Origin: Chloroflexota bacterium
GTDB lineage: Bacteria > Chloroflexota > Dehalococcoidia > Lucifugimonadales > UBA3495
Length of the DNA stretch: 14,174 nt
Assembly: GCA_027623675.1 (NCBI GenBank)
Contig: JAQBVF010000041.1
Location: 1-14,174, forward strand
Direction of reading: 5' to 3'
Position numbers and translations under genes: made by a program. Shown here in pieces: positions 14,042 through 14,174 of this stretch. The notes below the pieces were generated by a model. The model made no database searches and had not been told where the DNA came from. It saw nothing but the letters and a program-made list of their open reading frames with translations. The first letter of the stretch is position 1, and the number at the start of each line of letters is the position of its first letter.

Positions 14042-14174
14042 CAGGGCAATCGCATCTGACTGGAGGCGCGGTGGCGATGGTAGGATAAAAGTCATCTTAG
14101 GGGTGGGGAGGATGACTCATGGAGGAAAAACCAGCGCCTTCGATCACGAGCTATTTTAGCAGCCTGGAAGACCC
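14042..14174 (+). mobile_element. Left end of an ISAs1-family (H-repeat) insertion sequence
   Basis: Terminal sequence CAGGGCAATCGCATC (14042-14056) is typical of ISAs1 ends. Internal TG-G-TAGGAT extended -10 (14078-14086), SD GGGGAGG, then the transposase start. Confidence 0.75.
14119..14174 (+). CDS. ISAs1-family transposase, N-terminal fragment (runs off the window)
   Basis: Own translation MEEKPAPSITSYFSSLEDP..., matching the F-x-x-L-x-D-P-R N-terminal motif of ISAs1 transposases. Confidence 0.7.
   Translation, partial: MEEKPAPSITSYFSSLED

Overview
A GC-rich bacterial window, probably from Chloroflexota (Dehalococcoidia/SAR202-like). That assignment is inferred from gene content and a small C-x-H-x-W zinc-finger ORF type. 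IS ends bound both edges. On the left is a truncated IS1380-family transposase, then a compositionally distinct accessory patch (~860-2365) with four tiny Cys-rich ORFs and the 3' remnant of a DUF3800-like gene. The middle holds a Zn-dependent alcohol dehydrogenase, a phthalate-dioxygenase/LigX-type Rieske oxygenase, a lipoprotein with five exact C-x30-C repeats, a nitronate monooxygenase/FabK-family flavoprotein, sbcD with no adjacent sbcC, a CT398/HP0958-type coiled-coil zinc-ribbon protein, and an unusually long RNase P RNA (rnpB) with extra helices. On the right is a putative PHP-MaoC-MaoC-double-VOC operon, followed by the left end of an ISAs1-family element. A ~200-bp palindromic (REP-like) element occurs twice; the second copy carries an 18-bp-period mini-array of its terminal 9-mer with variable spacers. 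All calls were made by eye from motifs; no database searches were run.
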